From IMG/VR virus record IMGVR_UViG_3300024256_000983: a stretch of DNA of 22,657 nt, one strand, 5' to 3'. The translations under genes and the position numbers were made by a program. This document shows, piece by piece, positions 22,292-22,657 of the stretch. This DNA is from a virus. Position 1 is the first letter of the stretch, and every line of letters begins with the position of its first letter. The notes below the pieces were generated by a model. That model did not search any database. It was not told the origin of the DNA and was given only the letters and a program-made list of their open reading frames with translations.

Positions 22292-22657
22292 TGAGTTATT
22301 ATAGTATTAGATTTGCAGTTCAAACCAATGTTGATGTGATATCTGGTTCATTAGATCCAGGAGATTATGATTGGATTACAGACAATCAGAGTGAAATAGA
22401 TGAATATGATGATAAAATTATAGTTTGGGGTTTAGTTGATAGTGCAAGTTGGAATTGGAGTTCAATACCAGAGTACAATCAAATACATATAACAGGTTCT
22501 TTATTAACCAGAGTTTGTGAAAATGTAAATATTTCTGCATCATGGTTTGTTGATTTTCATAGGGTTCAAATCGAAAACCAGGAAGTAATCAATAATCCAG
22601 ATTCAAATATAACTGGCAGTTATAGTGGATTGGATTATGGTAGTACTGATGGTGTTT
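22291..22657 (+). CDS. Hypothetical protein, 3'-truncated by the window edge; not in the ORF track
   Basis: TAATG overlap with the previous stop; 122 open codons (MSYYSIRFAVQTNVDVISGSLDPG...) to the end of the window. Confidence 0.75.
   Translation, partial: MSYYSIRFAVQTNVDVISGSLDPGDYDWITDNQSEIDEYDDKIIVWGLVDSASWNWSSIPEYNQIHITGSLLTRVCENVNISASWFVDFHRVQIENQEVINNPDSNITGSYSGLDYGSTDGV

Noticed and set aside
1-22657. CRISPR array, tRNA/rRNA genes and strong intrinsic terminators
   Set aside because: No regularly spaced repeat-spacer units, cloverleaf or GC-rich hairpin with a U-tract were recognised in the short intergenic gaps. A covariance-model scan would be needed to exclude small RNAs formally.

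Overview
AT-rich, gene-dense, all-plus-strand segment, most likely from a large (T4-like/jumbo) dsDNA phage. No tRNA, rRNA or CRISPR array was seen. The left half (1-10.8 kb) is a replication module: the 3' end of a class II ribonucleotide reductase, a family B DNA polymerase, a gp45-like sliding clamp, a free-standing HNH cassette, a PLP enzyme/YkgJ-like/amino-methyltransferase operon, and an RFC-type clamp loader. Two genes there are fractured around free-standing endonuclease genes. The clamp loader carries a complete naturally split intein. The polymerase carries only vestigial, apparently non-splicing intein-like ends and has a further 5-nt break inside its catalytic YxDTDS motif. The right half (11-22.6 kb) is an accessory cluster: RfaE-type kinase (in-frame TGA), SET protein (in-frame TAA), GNAT, glutaredoxin-sulfotransferase fusion, porin-like protein, EamA transporter, LplA-like ligase and 2OG-Fe(II) oxygenase. 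It also holds two paralogous proteins built as circularly permuted ATP-grasp + Hint + a GC-rich, unrelated C-terminal cargo starting right after the Hint His-Asn. These Hint fusions are the best candidate for an undescribed system. All family assignments come from motif recognition by eye; no searches were run.
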